In this document: positions 47,301-61,907 of the stretch, in pieces
Position numbering within the stretch: position 1 is the first letter of the stretch
Layout: each line of letters opens with the position of its first letter
Assembly (NCBI RefSeq): GCF_021028975.2
Contig: NC_059430.1
Location: 50,468,001 to 50,532,000 of the forward strand
Length of the DNA stretch: 64,000 nucleotides
Direction of reading: 5' to 3'
Origin: Sphaerodactylus townsendi
Taxonomy: Eukaryota
The notes under the pieces: model-generated
Told to the model about the DNA's origin: nothing
Databases searched by the model: none
The model's input: only the letters and a program-made list of their open reading frames with translations
Position numbers and translations under genes: made by a program

Positions 47301-48875
47301 TGTGTATGTGTTTTACTTCCACTTTCATTATTACCTACCAGTATTACCCTATTTACTGTTTTCACTGCTCATCTCTTGGCCAGATTTGAGAACATTCTAA
47401 GAGGCATACCTCAAGGCCTCAGGCCACAGACGAACTGCACAAACATTCCTAAGGGTGACAGTGAAGTTAAACAGGGAGCCAGCTTTAGGGCTCTGGTGTG
47501 CCAGGGGAAAAAGATGTTTTACCCTGGCTCCAGGTATGGACTTTTAATAAATTGAAGGAGTCCGATTACCTGCCCGCAACAGGGAGGGGCTATGTGAAAT
47601 GTGAAGATTGGTGGGGCGATCCGGTCCAACTGGTGTTTTGGCGTTAGGGGCAAGACCAACAAACAAATTGTTAGTTTTTTATATATATAGATGATGATGT
47701 GACCCGAGGGGTTAATTTTTTATACAGCAGTATAAAGACGGCAAATAGAAGAGTATAAATACATATTTATAGCAGTATGTGTAATAGCTAGAGTTATCCT
47801 CATTCCTCAAGACCATTGTTTCTTGGACAGATCATTAATCATCTCCAGTGTACTTGCTGAGAGTGACTGATACTTTTTTCAATTCCTTTATATTTATAGA
47901 AATTTCCTCCACACTCTATTCCACAGATCAACATAGGCCACCCAATGGTTTCGAGCTGTCAAAGCTGAATGATCCATAGAGATTTTAACACAGTTGGTTC
48001 TGTGGTAGTATTTGAAGGTGCACTCATTTTTATTGATTTCTACCTTTGCCAGAGGCACAAGGCAACTGTCACTGCCATCTAAAGTAATGATCTGATCATG
48101 AAACCATTGTCACCTTCTATTCTCTCCTGGATAACCAGGTCTCCTGTTTCCAGACCAATCTATAACAAGTTCAAACTCTCAAATAAAACGAATCGAATGC
48201 GGTATGTGCTAGAGGAGCATTTATAATCCCTGAGTAGGCCCTGAGGAAGCCAACTCAGCCCAAAAATTGAGCCTGGTTGATCCTCAACTCAACTCCTGAC
48301 TCTCTTTCTCTGTAGGGCAATATGGAGCAAACCCCTGTAAGCTGCTTGGTAACATGTGAACTCATATCTGAATGGACTAATGAAGGCGAGATAAAGAGCA
48401 TGCAAAAGTCAAGTTATTTGCAACACATTGTTCATTACAGAAGTTGATACCAGATGCCCAGCAACTTCAATGCTATTTATTTGGGAAGGGATCTGAAGAG
48501 CTAAATACATCTCGATATGAAGGATTATGTTCTAGAACTGAACCCTACAAGTGACAAGACAGCTCCAGTTATTGATAATGTTATTTAAAAGAATTTAAAT
48601 GCAAATTGGTTGGCCTTGAAATATCCACCTTAACACTAGCATTAAGCTAGCTTCTTTGCCACACAATTTGAATATACATCAAAATGACACTTAGGTGAAA
48701 AGGGATCCCAAGAAGAAGCCATGAGAAATTTCAGACCTTTTCAACTCAAGGATCTATTCGGAGTAAATTAATTTTGGAAGGCATTATTAAACCTGTGTTA
48801 GTACCATGTAATAGAAGAAACATTGATGAGAGAAAATCAACATGGTTTGTGTTAAGGATATATCTGTAGTCTGAT

Positions 48876-48985
48876 CAGTGGTGGGATTCAGCAGGTTCAT
48901 ACCACTTTAGCCAGAACCATAGTTGTTAAAAATGGTGCTTATGTAAACAACTGGTTGCTAAATTATTTTGAAATCCCCAACACTG
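48876..48985. mobile_element. hAT MITE (9326 family)
   Basis: CAGTGGTGGGATTCAGCAGG...AATCCCCAACACTG. Confidence 0.78.
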
Positions 48986-49599
48986 TCCTTGATATATTCT
49001 TGATATTATATCAAAAAGCCATGCATGTTCTGGGTTGACAAAAGATCCCGTATAGTAGTCCCTTGAGAGAAGATTTTGAAGTTGTGTGATAAAAAGAATG
49101 AATCAATTAAAATTAAAGAATAAAGAAGGGAGAAAAGGGTAGAAATAAATGGGAAGCTAGATTAGAATTTTTTGAGATAACATACTAATTATTCATGATG
49201 GTTAGCAAGTATGCTGTGAAGAGTTCTCAGTCACAGGAAATATTTTTTAAAGTGCTACCTGTTCTTCTTTACTCTCGTCTCCACAGGCATGCCAGATATT
49301 GGATTTAGGATGCCCAAAGAAAGAAAGTGCACATGCCCAAAGGAAATGACATGCCCAAAGGATATGCCCAAAGGAACACACTGCAGGGGTGTTCCGAGGC
49401 TGCACAGCCAACTTTGTGAAACCAATGGAAGGATAGCTGTTCCTTTGAATAGCCATACAAATGGAAAAGAAGGACCACTACAAACACTTACAAGATCGTC
49501 TCACCCTTCCCTTTCCTACACTATTTCCTCTTTCTCTGTTTTCTTCCCCAGTCTCATCTGCTACACTTTTTTTCAGTCATTCCACCCGAACATACCTTT

Positions 49600-49760
49600 T
49601 ATCTGGTTGTAGTGGGTTTTCGGGCAGTGTGGCCGTGGTCTGCTGGATCTTGTTCCTAACATTTCACCTGCATCTATGGTGTATCACAGAGGAAGTCTGT
49701 TACACACTGTGTCCAATGAAGAGGGAATGTTTTAATGGGAGTATAAAATTGTCATAGTCC
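49600..49760. mobile_element. Degenerate Penelope-like fragment
   Basis: GGTTGTAGTGGGTTTTCGGGCAGTGTGGCCGTGGTCT...ACATTTCACCTGCATCT resembles the 29602 family. Confidence 0.55.
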
Positions 49761-52700
49761 CAGGCAAACGTAGCTGGGCCCGAAATGGCCGGTGCTTTTA
49801 CTCTGCCTTTTTTAAGCCCTCTAGACTGTGGTATTGCCCCCACTCCTCACTCCTTTAGAAACCCGGTGAAGGCTCAGGAAAACAGGCAGCTTCCCAGGTG
49901 CTGGGTGGAACTACATTTCCCAGGGCCAGGAAATGTAGTTCCACAGGAAGGCCTGCCTAGACACCGGTTTCAAGAATGAGGAGAACTTTGCGCCAAGGCT
50001 TCCGAAAAGCCCGAAAAAGCCAAGTCTGCGAGGCGCTGCTTCTGGCTAATGCCTACCCTGCCAAGGTTTATGGCAATGGTACCTACTCCACTGCGCTGTC
50101 CCTTCTCATTGTGAACACAGTGTGATAATAGACAATCCTCTGTGCCTTTACAGCACTGGGGGGGGGGAGCACCGCTCAAGGGGGGATGGGGAAAAGGGGG
50201 GGGAGGGGCCAGGAGGACTTTTTAACTGCCCCCATTGACCCAAATTTGTGATTAGCAGTGTGTTGTGCACCCTGCCCGAGCCCCTGGGAGCTTAAGCTGT
50301 CCCCAGGTGGCAGGAAGCATAGCACCAACAGGGGTGGGGAGATCCCTAGGCAGCGAATGGTCCCAGGCGCCGCGAAATGGGAGGCTCCAGGCAAGAGAAA
50401 CCTTTCTCTGCCGGCCAGAGCAGACAGCTGCCTGCTCCATCAGGCAGTGGGGGGGGGAAATAGTGGCTCTGACCAGCCCAGTGCTGCCGCCTCTAACAAT
50501 GCTGCAGGAGGTAGTGGCACCCGGACAGGGGAGGTACCCCCTCTGCCTGCCTGATGAGCGGGCAACTGCCTGCTCTGTTAATGAGGGCTATGGGGGGGAT
50601 GGCAGAGTGCAGCCGCCTGATGCCGCTGCCTTTGATGCTGCAGGAGGCAGCAGCGCCAAGGCAGAAGAAACCCCTCTGCCTCACCGAGCGAACAACCGCC
50701 TGCTCCATGGAACTGAGGGGGATGGCAGCTGTGGCCTGTCTGGTGCAGCTGCCCCTCGTTAACAATGGCGAGGAGACATGGCGGCATGCGGCTAAAACCC
50801 CTCTGCCTGATGGAGCTTGAGGCAACCGTTGTATTCTCCGGGGACCTCCATTTTTGTTTTGCTCTCTGGTTGATTTAGCTTCTGGTGGATTTTATTTTAT
50901 TATTATTTTTCATTTACTTTTGTGAAAACATAATGTGAAAAAATGTGCCAAATATCTATGAACTGTAACCATAAGACCTCTGTTTGTCTTAAGGGGATCT
51001 GAGGGGATCCATGCTGACTTCTGCCAGCCCTGGAGAATTTTTTTGCCTGCCATGCCTGCACCAAGTTGGAGAGGAATCCCAGCAGGCTTGGGAAACACTG
51101 TGTTGAACTAGCGACCATCAGTGGATCACTATATAAATACTACATGAATACTGTTAGAAACGTGGGTCCAAGGACCCTCAAAATAATCTGGACAAAGTTG
51201 GTGAAGCAAATAACAAAGCTTTTATTGGTTTACGGTCTTGCAAGATCGGGTGTCCACCCAGTAGTAGGCACACCCTTCCTTTTGTTCTACAACAGTTTAT
51301 AATACTCTTTCAGGACCACCCAATCCCTCCCTCACTTCTCCATTGAGCTGGGAGATGAGGGCCATAATCCTATTACAATTCATCTAGGCATACTATGTCA
51401 TATACCAGGTGGTATCTCCCTCCAATTAATACATCTCTATATGGTCATTTCCTGTAATTAATATTTGGTTCTTAGTTGTCAACCCTTCTGTTGAATGTCT
51501 TCATGATATATAATCCATGCACCTGCCACATCTTTGGTTCCCTTTATCTTACTGTAGAAGACTACCATCATATTTTTACCCCTTCATCCAAAAGGCCTTC
51601 CTATCTTGGCACCTTTTGGATCTTAGCCTCCTATAAGCCAAGTACCTCTTGGCACGCAGAACCTAGGGTCTTCCTCCTGACCCACTCCCCTGCTTTGAAG
51701 ACACTATCCCAAGCTTGCTAGGGGCCCTCTTATCAACGGGTGTCTGTTTGGCACAAGAACTCATGTTCCGTTACTGTTTATGACTAATTGAAACCAGGCT
51801 TCAAGAAGCATCTTAGAAAAAAAAAAGACTTTTAGCTAGAGGCCTTAAGAAGCTTCCTGAATGGAGTTTCTAAGCTTAATAGCACCTACTGATTAGGATC
51901 TAGAGAAGCAAGCTGTTTTTAGCTTATTTTACACTTTAAAACTGAGAGAATAAGCATTTATAACTGGGATTCATTACACATGAAGCATTAGGATACATAT
52001 ATTGAACATGAGTGATTAACATATTCTTTAAGTTTCATTATTTAGCTTTACAATATACAAAGCATTCAGAAAATAATACAAACATGATTATAAACTACTA
52101 CATCACCACATCACCTATTATTCCCCTCTAACCCTTGACCTTTCTGTTCTGCTAGCTTATTATTTTAAAGCAGGTGTGCTTTTAATTGGGATATGATAAG
52201 AAATACACAGGTCAAATGGAATATACCTAAATATCATACTCCCATCTCTCTTTGAATTCCATCCAACTTAACAGGCTTTATTCCAAGTGTAGATACTATA
52301 TATGGACTTTTATATTCAGAGTTCACCTACTAAAATCTTGTGTTGTTGATTCTGTGAGAGGGTATATTCTTTGTGACTTCTAAATCCAATATTTGTGCAC
52401 TAAATATGTTTATGTGTTAGTAGATAACTCAATATAATCTTACACCTTATGAAAACACCCTAAAACTGCTACCTTCTTTTTTATAACTTGTAAGGGCAAT
52501 CATTGTCATTGTCCCGTGTATACTTTATAAAAGTAATAATAACACCTCTTTGGCATATGTAAAAACAACATTTCTCATCTATCACAACATACTTATTTTG
52601 TAGGAAATCTACTTTGGGAGTTTTTTTGCCATCCTTGTTGTTGTTGTTGTTAGGGTTTGCAGGGCACCACCAGTCCTGCTGGCAGAAAGCTCTAAATCAC

Positions 52701-53713
52701 TTGCTGGGTTTCCTAATGCTTCTTTGTGATTCAGCAGTAGTTTCCAGCAGAACCCCCCCCCCCCCCATTACCATGGCATCTACGGGGAAGTGTTTTTGCT
52801 GCCTTCTTCATCCATACTAGTAGAGTCGATAATTTTCCACTGCTGGTAAATTCAATGTAGCATTGCATCACTATTTGAGATGTATCAAAAATACAGTGTT
52901 TCAATATATTACATTCCTTTGAAACATGTTTACTGTAAGTTTTTATTACTACCCCCTTCCCAGCAGAGTTTTAGATAAAGTGCATATTAGCTTCCTGTGA
53001 ACACTGATCCACATAGGTGCAATAGAATTTCCCCATGCTACGATTGAAGCCGAAGCCACCAGGGGAAAAGAGGGTCGCCAGCGCTGTACCGGTTTACCTC
53101 TTAATTCTGGTCGTAATGTGGGGGGGAAACTCCCTTGTGCTCCTTCCTAGCAATGCCCCCAGCTCCCTTCCGATACCCCGGCCCCTGCTCCCTGTAGGGG
53201 AGGCAGTTCCCCCACGGCAGCACTCTCCTCACTTAGCTTTTAGGAATGGAACATCTCCAGAGAAGAGAAGCCTGCCTGCCGTTGCCCTGGGCCTGGTGAG
53301 AACCACGATTTCCCAGGGGCTCCCTGGGAAATGTGGTTCCCACAGGCAATGCAGCGAAACAGCTTGGTTTCGACTGCTACTCCTTTCCTAAAAAGTAAAG
53401 GGTAGGAGAATGAGTGAAATGCCGATGGGAGGAGGGTGCTACAGAGGGGCCCGGCGAATCGTCAGGGGGGTCCTGGGGCACAGTGGGAGGTTTAGCCTGG
53501 GGGCAAAAAAGCTAGAGTGTGCACCAGGCACACGCTGGCCTAGCTGTGTCTCTGGCATGCTAGTTCCCCATGCAAATTTTGTAGATGTGGAAACACCCAC
53601 AGGCAACACATCATGGCTACAGCACAAACCCAAGACAGATTTGCAAGGGAATGCATTATTCCTGCACTAAGCCAGGGAAAAAAGCTAAAAAGGCAGGGAC
53701 AAGAATGTGCAAT

Positions 53714-54093
53714 GAAGAAGAAGAAGAAGAAGAAGAAGAAGAAGAAGAAGAAGAAGAAGAAGAAGAAGAAGAAGAAGAAGAAGAAGAAGAAGAAGAAGAA
53801 GAAGAGTTTGGATTTATATCCCCCCTTTCTCTCCTGTAGGAGACTCAAAGGGGCTTACAATCTCCTTGCCCTTCCCCCCTCACAACAAACACCCTGTGAG
53901 GTAGGTGGGGCTGAGAGAGCTCTGAGAAGCTGTGACTAGCCCAAGGTCACCCAGCTGGCATGTGTGGGAGTGTACAGGCTAATCTGAATTCCCCAGATAA
54001 GCCTCCACAGCTCAGGCGGGAGAGCTGGGAATCAAACCCGGTTCCTCCAGATTAGATACATGAGCTGTTAACCTCCTATGCCACTGCTGCTCC
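53714..54093 (-). mobile_element. Full-length tRNA-derived SINE with expanded (TTC)n tail
   Basis: About 30 GAA repeats at 53714-53805. Reverse-strand box B; same family as 11541 and 45775. Confidence 0.9.
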
Positions 54094-54188
54094 AATGCAC
54101 GCTACTTGCCTGACATGAAAGGGAGGTAATTTTAATGCTGACAAAGGGTTGAATAAGATGTGAGGGCATCATTGGTCTGTGTGTTTTA

Positions 54189-54783
54189 GGCCTTTTTCAC
54201 ACAAGTCAATCAGAATGCTTACAAAACATTTTCAACCCTCCTACCCTTTACCACAACATTTGTTCACAATCACCTCTTTCAAACATTTCATGGCCACTGT
54301 AATTTTTTTTGCTTATTTGTAGAAACAATGCTCCTTTGATCCATCGATTTGATGTTTTGTAGATTTGTTTAATGAATGCTTCATTATCACCCAAAACAGA
54401 AAAAAAAGAAAAAAAGAAAAAGAAAAAATGCATGAAATGATGAAAATGAAAAGGTGAGGGGGAAAGGAGTGAGGTGAGGGATGTGAAAAAATAGCAGATA
54501 AGGCACTGAGGTGAAATTGGGTGATGGCACAAGGGTATAGATAACAACCAGGCTTTTGAACGAAAAAGATAAACTTTTAAACATGGCCACACTGTGGGCA
54601 AAGTCAGCTTGGAAATGTTTTCAGTGGAAAACATAGTGCTTGATGGGTTTTCAGAAATGACAGAGTAAAAGGTAAATGCAATGTTTCTGGCACCAATCGG
54701 GGAAAATGATTTGCGAAAGTTCAAGAATGAAACATTTCATTATTGTTCTGGAAATGTTATAAATGAGTTGTGCAGAAAGGGGC
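54189..54783. mobile_element. Harbinger-type (Tourist-like) MITE
   Basis: GGCCTTTTTCACACAA...TTGTGCAGAAAGGGGC with TTA on both sides. Confidence 0.65.
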
Positions 54784-54934
54784 TTAATTTAATTAAATTT
54801 TAAACTGTGTTTTAACAGTTTAAATGTTTTATGTTGGCCACCATGTGGACCCTAATTTGGTGGAAAGGTGGCATTAAAATGTTTGAATAAATAAAATAAA
54901 TATTCGAAGATAGTTGACTAGCAACAAAGGAACA

Positions 54935-55126
54935 TGTTTGGGTGCTGTGTGGTTTCTGGGCTGTATGGCCGTGTTCTAGCAGCATTCTCTCCTGACGTTT
55001 CGCCTGCATCTGTGGCTGGCATCTTCAGAGGATCAGGAGAGAATGCTGCTAGAACACGGCCATACAGCCCGGAAACCACACAGCACCCAAGTGATTCCGG
55101 CCATGAAAGCCTTCGACAATACATTG
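54935..55126. mobile_element. Short Penelope-like insertion with intact hammerhead motif (54990-55032, -)
   Basis: 12-bp TSD AACAAAGGAACA (54923-54934 and 55127-55138) and inverted arms. Confidence 0.85.
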
Positions 55127-58100
55127 AACAAAGGAACACTTTTGTTATTATTCAGTGTTTGGGAGCACTTTGGAAGCATGAGGTGATCAAATTTGGGTAT
55201 TTTACAATTTCATTTTTTTACCTAACAAAATACCCAGGATAAATCCAGAGTTCAAATGTGGAAGGAAAAGAATGTTATCAACTTGGACAAAAGTCCAGTT
55301 TTATAATCATTAAGAGACCATTCTACACAGATAAGAATTTTATGTTTTATTCTCCACTGCTGTCTCATGTATTTTGAATGTATCTACGTTTCAGGTTAGA
55401 ACTATAATATATTCAAGAACAGAGAATCATAGCGGCAATAATTATTTTAGCTCCAAGTTATACAAGCTGGTTAGTCAGCAAGCCAATGCATTTTTAACAG
55501 TATTTTGTGTCTTGGAATGTAAGCAGGTTAAAGCAAATTTGTCTGTACTTGATTTTTAACTTCCCTGCAGTGTTGGATATTAAGCTTCCTAGCCTCAAGC
55601 ATTTACAACATTTTTGTCCAAGATGAGATAATTCAGCTAACTGCAGTCAACACATAAAGGACAAAAGATTTGGATGTTTGTACATAGAAATTCTGCTTCA
55701 TATTGAACATTTGGATTTTACGTTAGACATTAATTGTATAAAACTGTGGGGGGGGGGGGAACTTGTAAGAAAGACTGATTTAGTTCCCATGGGAGAAGAA
55801 TGGATATATAAATCCTCTTCCTAAATAGGTTGTAATTCTTCATATCGGAAGGTGAAGGGTGAACACGTGCTTTGCGTGCAGCAAGTCCCATGCTTAGATC
55901 TTGATATCTCCAGTTATGGGCTCTTGGGCAGCATGGTTTGGAAAGGACACCTCTCTGCCTAAGGCACTGTCCTCTACCAGTCAAAGGAGATAATTCTGAG
56001 GACCAATCACATGACACTGGGGATTGCATGACTGTTCCTAACTTTTCCCTTTTAAAATCAAGCATGTGGGTTTCCAGGTGTTTGGTATAGGACTGACAGT
56101 ATAATCCTCCACCATTATCCCATTCTATTTTTCTAACTGGAACATGGAACTGTTCAGCATTGTGGTGAACATGCAGGCTATCCCCAGTGGAGCAAATTAC
56201 AGCTCCATGGTTCATCTCAGGTATGGAAAATTGAATGGAGAGGAAGACTTTACCCTATTCCAGTAGTTATGTTACCAATCAAAATCAGAGGCCTGCAGAT
56301 GTCCTCTTAGCAGCGAAAACAACAGGCTGATTCACTCAACTTCCAGTGTCATGTCTCTGTTTTGGATCTGAGTTTGCCTTGGTATAAGGCAACTTCATGA
56401 GTTCATAAAGGTACAGTCATTTGATTCTTCCTTCGTAGTCACTCTTACATGTGTTTTTCTATCAAAGCCTAAGTTATGTTAAGTGCTGCTACAGTCATTT
56501 TCTTGTTTTTCCCAAATGCTTGTACTGTGTCATGACTATATTAAACTGAAATAACATAAATTAGCCATCGGGCAATGATACTACCTTTAGAATTTTAATA
56601 TTTGGATGAAGCTATGCATGGCTGGAAAAATCAATGTTACCAGTAACATCCTACAGCACTTGATTTTATATCAGATAGTCCTCCTGTGACTAGTTTTAGT
56701 ATCTATGATCTCCCCCCCCCCCCGCACAAACACAAATAAAAAAATTAAAATAAAATAGATATCACACTCGTGGAAACTAAAACAGGATTGTTGTTTTAAT
56801 CAATCTCATTTATGTACCCTATTATGCCAACTTTATCTACAGAATATTTTAGGAAGGAAAAATCATTCTTGCTGTTGTTCTATATTGCCTATAGCTAAAT
56901 AAAGGAGGACTTGAATGCTTGAATCTATTAGTGTATACCTTCAGAGAATTGTAATCAGAGAAGATAGAAGGCAACATGATGGCCTAAATGGAATTCTTCA
57001 GCTCAGCGGTCTGAACTGTTACATCTGATTAAAGTGTAGCATGCCACCACTGATTAATAGCTTTAATACTTTCAGCTGGTGAGAAATGCTTTGCTCTGGC
57101 ACCCCCCCCCCCCATGATAACATGAGACAACATAAAAATGGGTTCAAGTAGATTGATTTATTTAAAATGGTTTAAAATAACTAAATGGCTGATCTATGTC
57201 ACTGTTTATTTCAGTAAGCTGACCATCTTGAGGGTGGGTCATGTTAGGCATCTGCCCGGTCTGCCTTTTGGATAAATCTACCCTGGCTCTAAGTACAGCC
57301 AGCACTTCCACAGGCTTTGCTTATCACTATCTGAACATCCACACATATGAAGTGGCACCATGCTTCATCCCTTTCCTCCAGTGTGTCTCAAGGCTCCTAC
57401 CAAATTCAAAAGGTGCCGCTCAGGAGTTCTCCTTTACAATGCACCCAGCTGCAAGGCATGTAATTGCTTCTTCCAGACCCCCCCCCCCCGAATCATGCAG
57501 ATGTCTCAGGGTGCATTCCAGATATTCCAACCTATCCTGAGCAATATGCTCTATTCTTGCCAAATTAGTTGTGGCCTAACCAGTTTTACATCCAGGCCAA
57601 TGTAATGGAGCAAAACCCTGTCCATTGAGGCAACAGGCCAAAAATGAACTTTGCACTTAGCCAATCTTGAAATCCCCCACCCTTGCCCTCCGCAATTCCT
57701 GCTCAGCCCTAAATATAGCAATCAAATATAGCAATCTGGGGGAGGGCGGTATATAAGCCTAATAAATAAATAAATAAATAAATAATCCCACACTGCCCAT
57801 AGGAAAGGCAGGTAGGTGAGCCATAGCAAAAATGCAATAGGTGAGAAGATGCAGCTGAGTAAAGCAGCCTACTGACTACTCCTGATTGACTGACCAGATT
57901 CACAGACAACCAGTTGTGCCTCAATTAACTGGGGCTGAGTAAACTGATCTAGCATAATTTGTGGGTTTAACTGGGCTGAGTAAACTGGGGCTGAGTAAAC
58001 TGATCTAGCATAAATGTGGGTTTTTTTCCACGAGTAAGTAATTGCAATGCTAATTGCTCTTACTTGGATGTCAGTCCCATTTCACATAAGTAAGATTATT

Positions 58101-59486
58101 TATGAGTGAACATGCTTAATCTCTATTTACTCCTGAGATGTGTGTGATTACATATGTGTGTGGGAGGAGCGTGACAGGAATGGCTATACTATGCATTTAT
58201 TAAGCAAAGATCATACATAAACTTTAACCATCTGGCACACTGTGGAAACATGACTTGCTTGCAGTCAAACAAAGATATTCTATGCATATCACAGGGTATC
58301 ACTCATTAATGGTGTGGTTAAAATAGTTCATCTTTTTTGCACCTTTTTAAATGGCATATCTCCTAAATATGGGGATAATAATCTGCAGCTTTTATACCTA
58401 CCTGACCAGTATAGTTATTTTCCAAGACCTGCTTCATGTGCCTCTACCTTCTGAGATTGGGTGGGTGGCAACCCAGAGGAGCACCTATTTAGTCATGACA
58501 CGAAAACTCAGGACTTTTTCCCTACAGACACTCACCTGTACCATTCTGTTGCTATTTTTTGCCAACAGGTGAAGGCTGCTTTGTTTCATGAGACATTCCC
58601 TCAGTGATCTCTCCTTATATTTTAATTGTTTTTATGCATGTACATTTCATTGTACTTGTAGGTGTATTTTATGTGAATGTGTTCTAGCTCGGTTTTCAAG
58701 TGTTTTAATACTGCGTTTTCATTTGTTTTTAATGGTTTTAAGACAGGTTTTTATTATCAGTGTTTTAATGTGTTCGCTTTCTTGGTGGCTCTGTTCAAGG
58801 CAGAAAGGCAGGGTATAAATTTTGTAAGGCAGAATTCCAAATGTTAAAGTCTTTCAAAATTAAATAAACACAAAACTTTTTTCTAATATGTACATCTAAA
58901 AAATAACCTCTGTACAATATCCTCTCCTCCTTTCTCTCTGTGTTATAACTATTACAGTTGTTGAAACTCATTGATACTTGAACACACCTTCATGTTAAGG
59001 CTGTCACTACTGAAATATCATTATAGTCTTAGAGTGTTTAAATAATAGGCTGTTATGTGTATATTGGGCTGGTGTGGTAAACCACTTTTAAACTGAGATT
59101 ATGGAATTAATTACATTTTTAAAAGAATATAACATATAATTCGTAATATCTATCAAAGCCATTCCAGTAATCAAAGCAAATTGTCATCCGCCCCGAGTCA
59201 ATTTTAGGGTTTCTTATTCTGTTGCAACCTGAGTGACATCAGGGCTTTTTTAAAAAAAAAAATTTAGGACCCTGATAGGGTCCTAAGACATTACATTTTT
59301 ATAAAGATGGATTTAATTAGTTCATATGAGTAATTGAAAACCCAGAATTTCATATTAAGTAGGTTTTATTGGATTAATCTGTAGAAAAAAACAAATTCCT
59401 GTTCACCTCTAAGCATTTGAAAAGCACAATAATATATTAGAAATTCGCACATGGGTTAACAAATGTAATTAACTTAAAATTACTGT

Positions 59487-60765
59487 GTTACTGTCTCGGT
59501 CCAAGGTGGGCCTGCAAAGACTACTTCAAACTAACTGCTGACGTACTGCCTACAAACAAGTGCCCTGTTAATCGATTAGTATTATAACAAATCCAAAGTG
59601 CTGATCTTTTCCAATTCAAAAAAAAAACTCAGCCAACGTGTGAAAGAATAAACGGTACATTGATTGAACAGGTCCATTCATACAGATATTTAGGAATCAC
59701 CTTCCATCATTCCTTAACCTGGACCTCTCATATCCACCAGACTCTCAATACAAGTAAAATCAAAGTGTTGGCAATATCAGATTTTTTTTTCACACCAGAG
59801 GCGGTCAATTTTTTCCTGCCGCTTAATGGAAGTTTTCAGTTAAAACGCTACTGCCACAAAATTTACTTTACGGGAGCTCCAATCTGGGGGGAGCAAAACA
59901 GCTGAGAAATTAGAGAGTGTTCAATCTTTGTTTTCTTAAAATTAGTTTATTGGGTCTTCCAAAGCTCAGTCGCATTATCAGAAGAGTTCTTTGTTGTTTA
60001 GAAACCGGAGCCAAGACAATTTTTTCCCGGGTTTGGCTCTCTTTGTTTAAATACTGGCTGCGCCTTCAATATAGAGCCCGTCCGGGCAGTCTCACACATT
60101 TTCTGTTAAGCAAGCACTTCCAATCCACCGGGCACACCAAGAGTATAAAGGAAAGAAACAACAGAGGTGTATCTTTTGACCAACTCCTACTGATGGACGA
60201 AAGACAGGCTTTTCGGAGTTTTGAAAACACCGTACTCTTGACATTGAAGGGCAGCTGCTCACAGCTGGAGCCTGCAGAACTTGTCCACCCACATTTTATG
60301 GCATTTCACCACCATTGCCGGGTTTTATGGCTAAATATATGAGTAATTTAATCTATCCCACATCTCCGCCAGATATTTTTATGCTTGCTTTCGGCTAAAT
60401 GTGTTACCGACTGCCCAAACAAGAGGCAGATATCATGGCATCCCACAGATGCGAAGCAGGCATCTTATTTCCTGTTGCAGCGAACCTACCCGAAACAACT
60501 GGACACAAGATCAATAATTGCAAAGATTTGGCAGTCTATCGGTTGCTTTTTATCTAGGCCATCTTGAAGCAATTTTCAGTGAGATCAGTCAAGGAAATAG
60601 TTTCACACCTGCTTAGTGACCATCATCCCCACACTACTGAATCAGTTGCCAGGTTTTTAACAAAGGCACTTGGATCAAGAGTGAAACCTTTGTGTAAATT
60701 TTAGTCAATTGGTTTTAACATAATCTGTATTTTACCACTCTTTATATGCCATTAAAGGTTTTGTA
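59487..60765 (+). mobile_element. 5'-truncated LINE, RTEX-like (RT C-terminus to 3' end), heavily frameshifted
   Basis: KSKVLIFS...INGTLIEQVHSYRYLGITF..W..HI. 3' end TATGCCATTAAAGGTT. Near-perfect TSD AAAATTA[C/A]TGT (59476-59486 and 60766-60776). Clade assignment from recall only. Confidence 0.75.
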
Positions 60766-61830
60766 AAAATTAATGTACAATAGTCACTGAAAATTTTCAA
60801 GTCACATATGTGAAGAGAATAACCATTTTGCTTGTACATTGCCATGTCCAAAGAAACTCCATTTCGTTTTTTGGCTTATAAAAAAATCTTGTTTTCTGTC
60901 ATGTTTTTTACATAGCTCAGTTGCAGGTGTTTGTAACTAGAGATAGAGATCGGCTGTACCACCACCAAGGGTTAGATTCCTCATTATGAGCATGGAGTCA
61001 CCTCCAATTATTTTAAGCTGGATTTGACAGCCAGCAAGAACCATATATATTTATAGAGAGAAATAAGGAGATCTCTTTGTAGCTATGCAGACATATATAA
61101 GAAAATCTTAGCTGCTTGGAAGACTGCTTTACCTCCCATTGAGAAGCTTTGGGTAGATCTGCCCTCAATGCACCATTTTTTCCTTACTACGCAGGTTAGA
61201 TAATTGAGCTCAGGCATGTTGGTGGCATGTTGATACTTGTATAAAATGTATAAAACTTGTATAAAATGATACTTGTATAAAATGTATAAAACATCTCTGA
61301 TTTTACAATAGAGATGTTCATAAATTATAGAGTGTCCACTATGACACCCAGTGTTTGCATCATGTGCTGAATTTTCACCCTCTATTTTCTTCCACCAGCA
61401 TTTGAGGTGCTGGCAGGAAAGCACTAGGATTCCAGGAGGTATCACAGTATACAAACCTGGCAACCCTTCTTTCATACTAGGTTCTTGTGTCTTTAAGCAG
61501 ATACACAACAGACCAAAGACCTATTCACTGATTCAGTATACATGTAAAATGGAGGGGGAGGAGTTGGGATCAGATCTATTTGCCTGGATGATTACTTCTA
61601 CATATTCAGGAATCTGATCAATATGGGACCTTTCTATATATATGAAACCACATTCAAATAAATGTCCATTGTCTCCAAATACAGAGTATCATGAATACAA
61701 GGAGATGTGGAGCAAACACTCTCCCAATGTCTCCCATCCACATGATTCACCTGACACTTTCCCTAGTATGGGGGGAAAGTTGTAGTGACAGGAGATTCTG
61801 AGCCCTTCGGGGGAGGGCAGTATACAAATG

Positions 61831-61831
<1 letters not shown>

Positions 61832-61906
<75 letters not shown>
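61832..61906. repeat. (AATC)n microsatellite, probably a retroelement tail
   Basis: Direct reading; preceded by GAGCCCTTCGGGGGAGGGCAGTATACAAAT. Confidence 0.9.

Positions 61907-61907
<1 letters not shown>

Noticed and set aside
48400-49250. Very old CR1-like RT remnant (NFRP, ENQHG-like words)
   Set aside because: Too degenerate to delimit confidently.
49785-50825. GC-rich overlapping ORFs
   Set aside because: Built from short internal repeats (CCCCTCTGCC, GCTGCAGGAGG); probably a non-autonomous element, boundaries not resolved.
51150-52120. Possible solo LTR
   Set aside because: No TG...CA boundaries with a TSD could be established by eye.
53540-53939. Poly-E, poly-K and poly-F ORFs
   Set aside because: Translations of the (GAA)n SINE tail.
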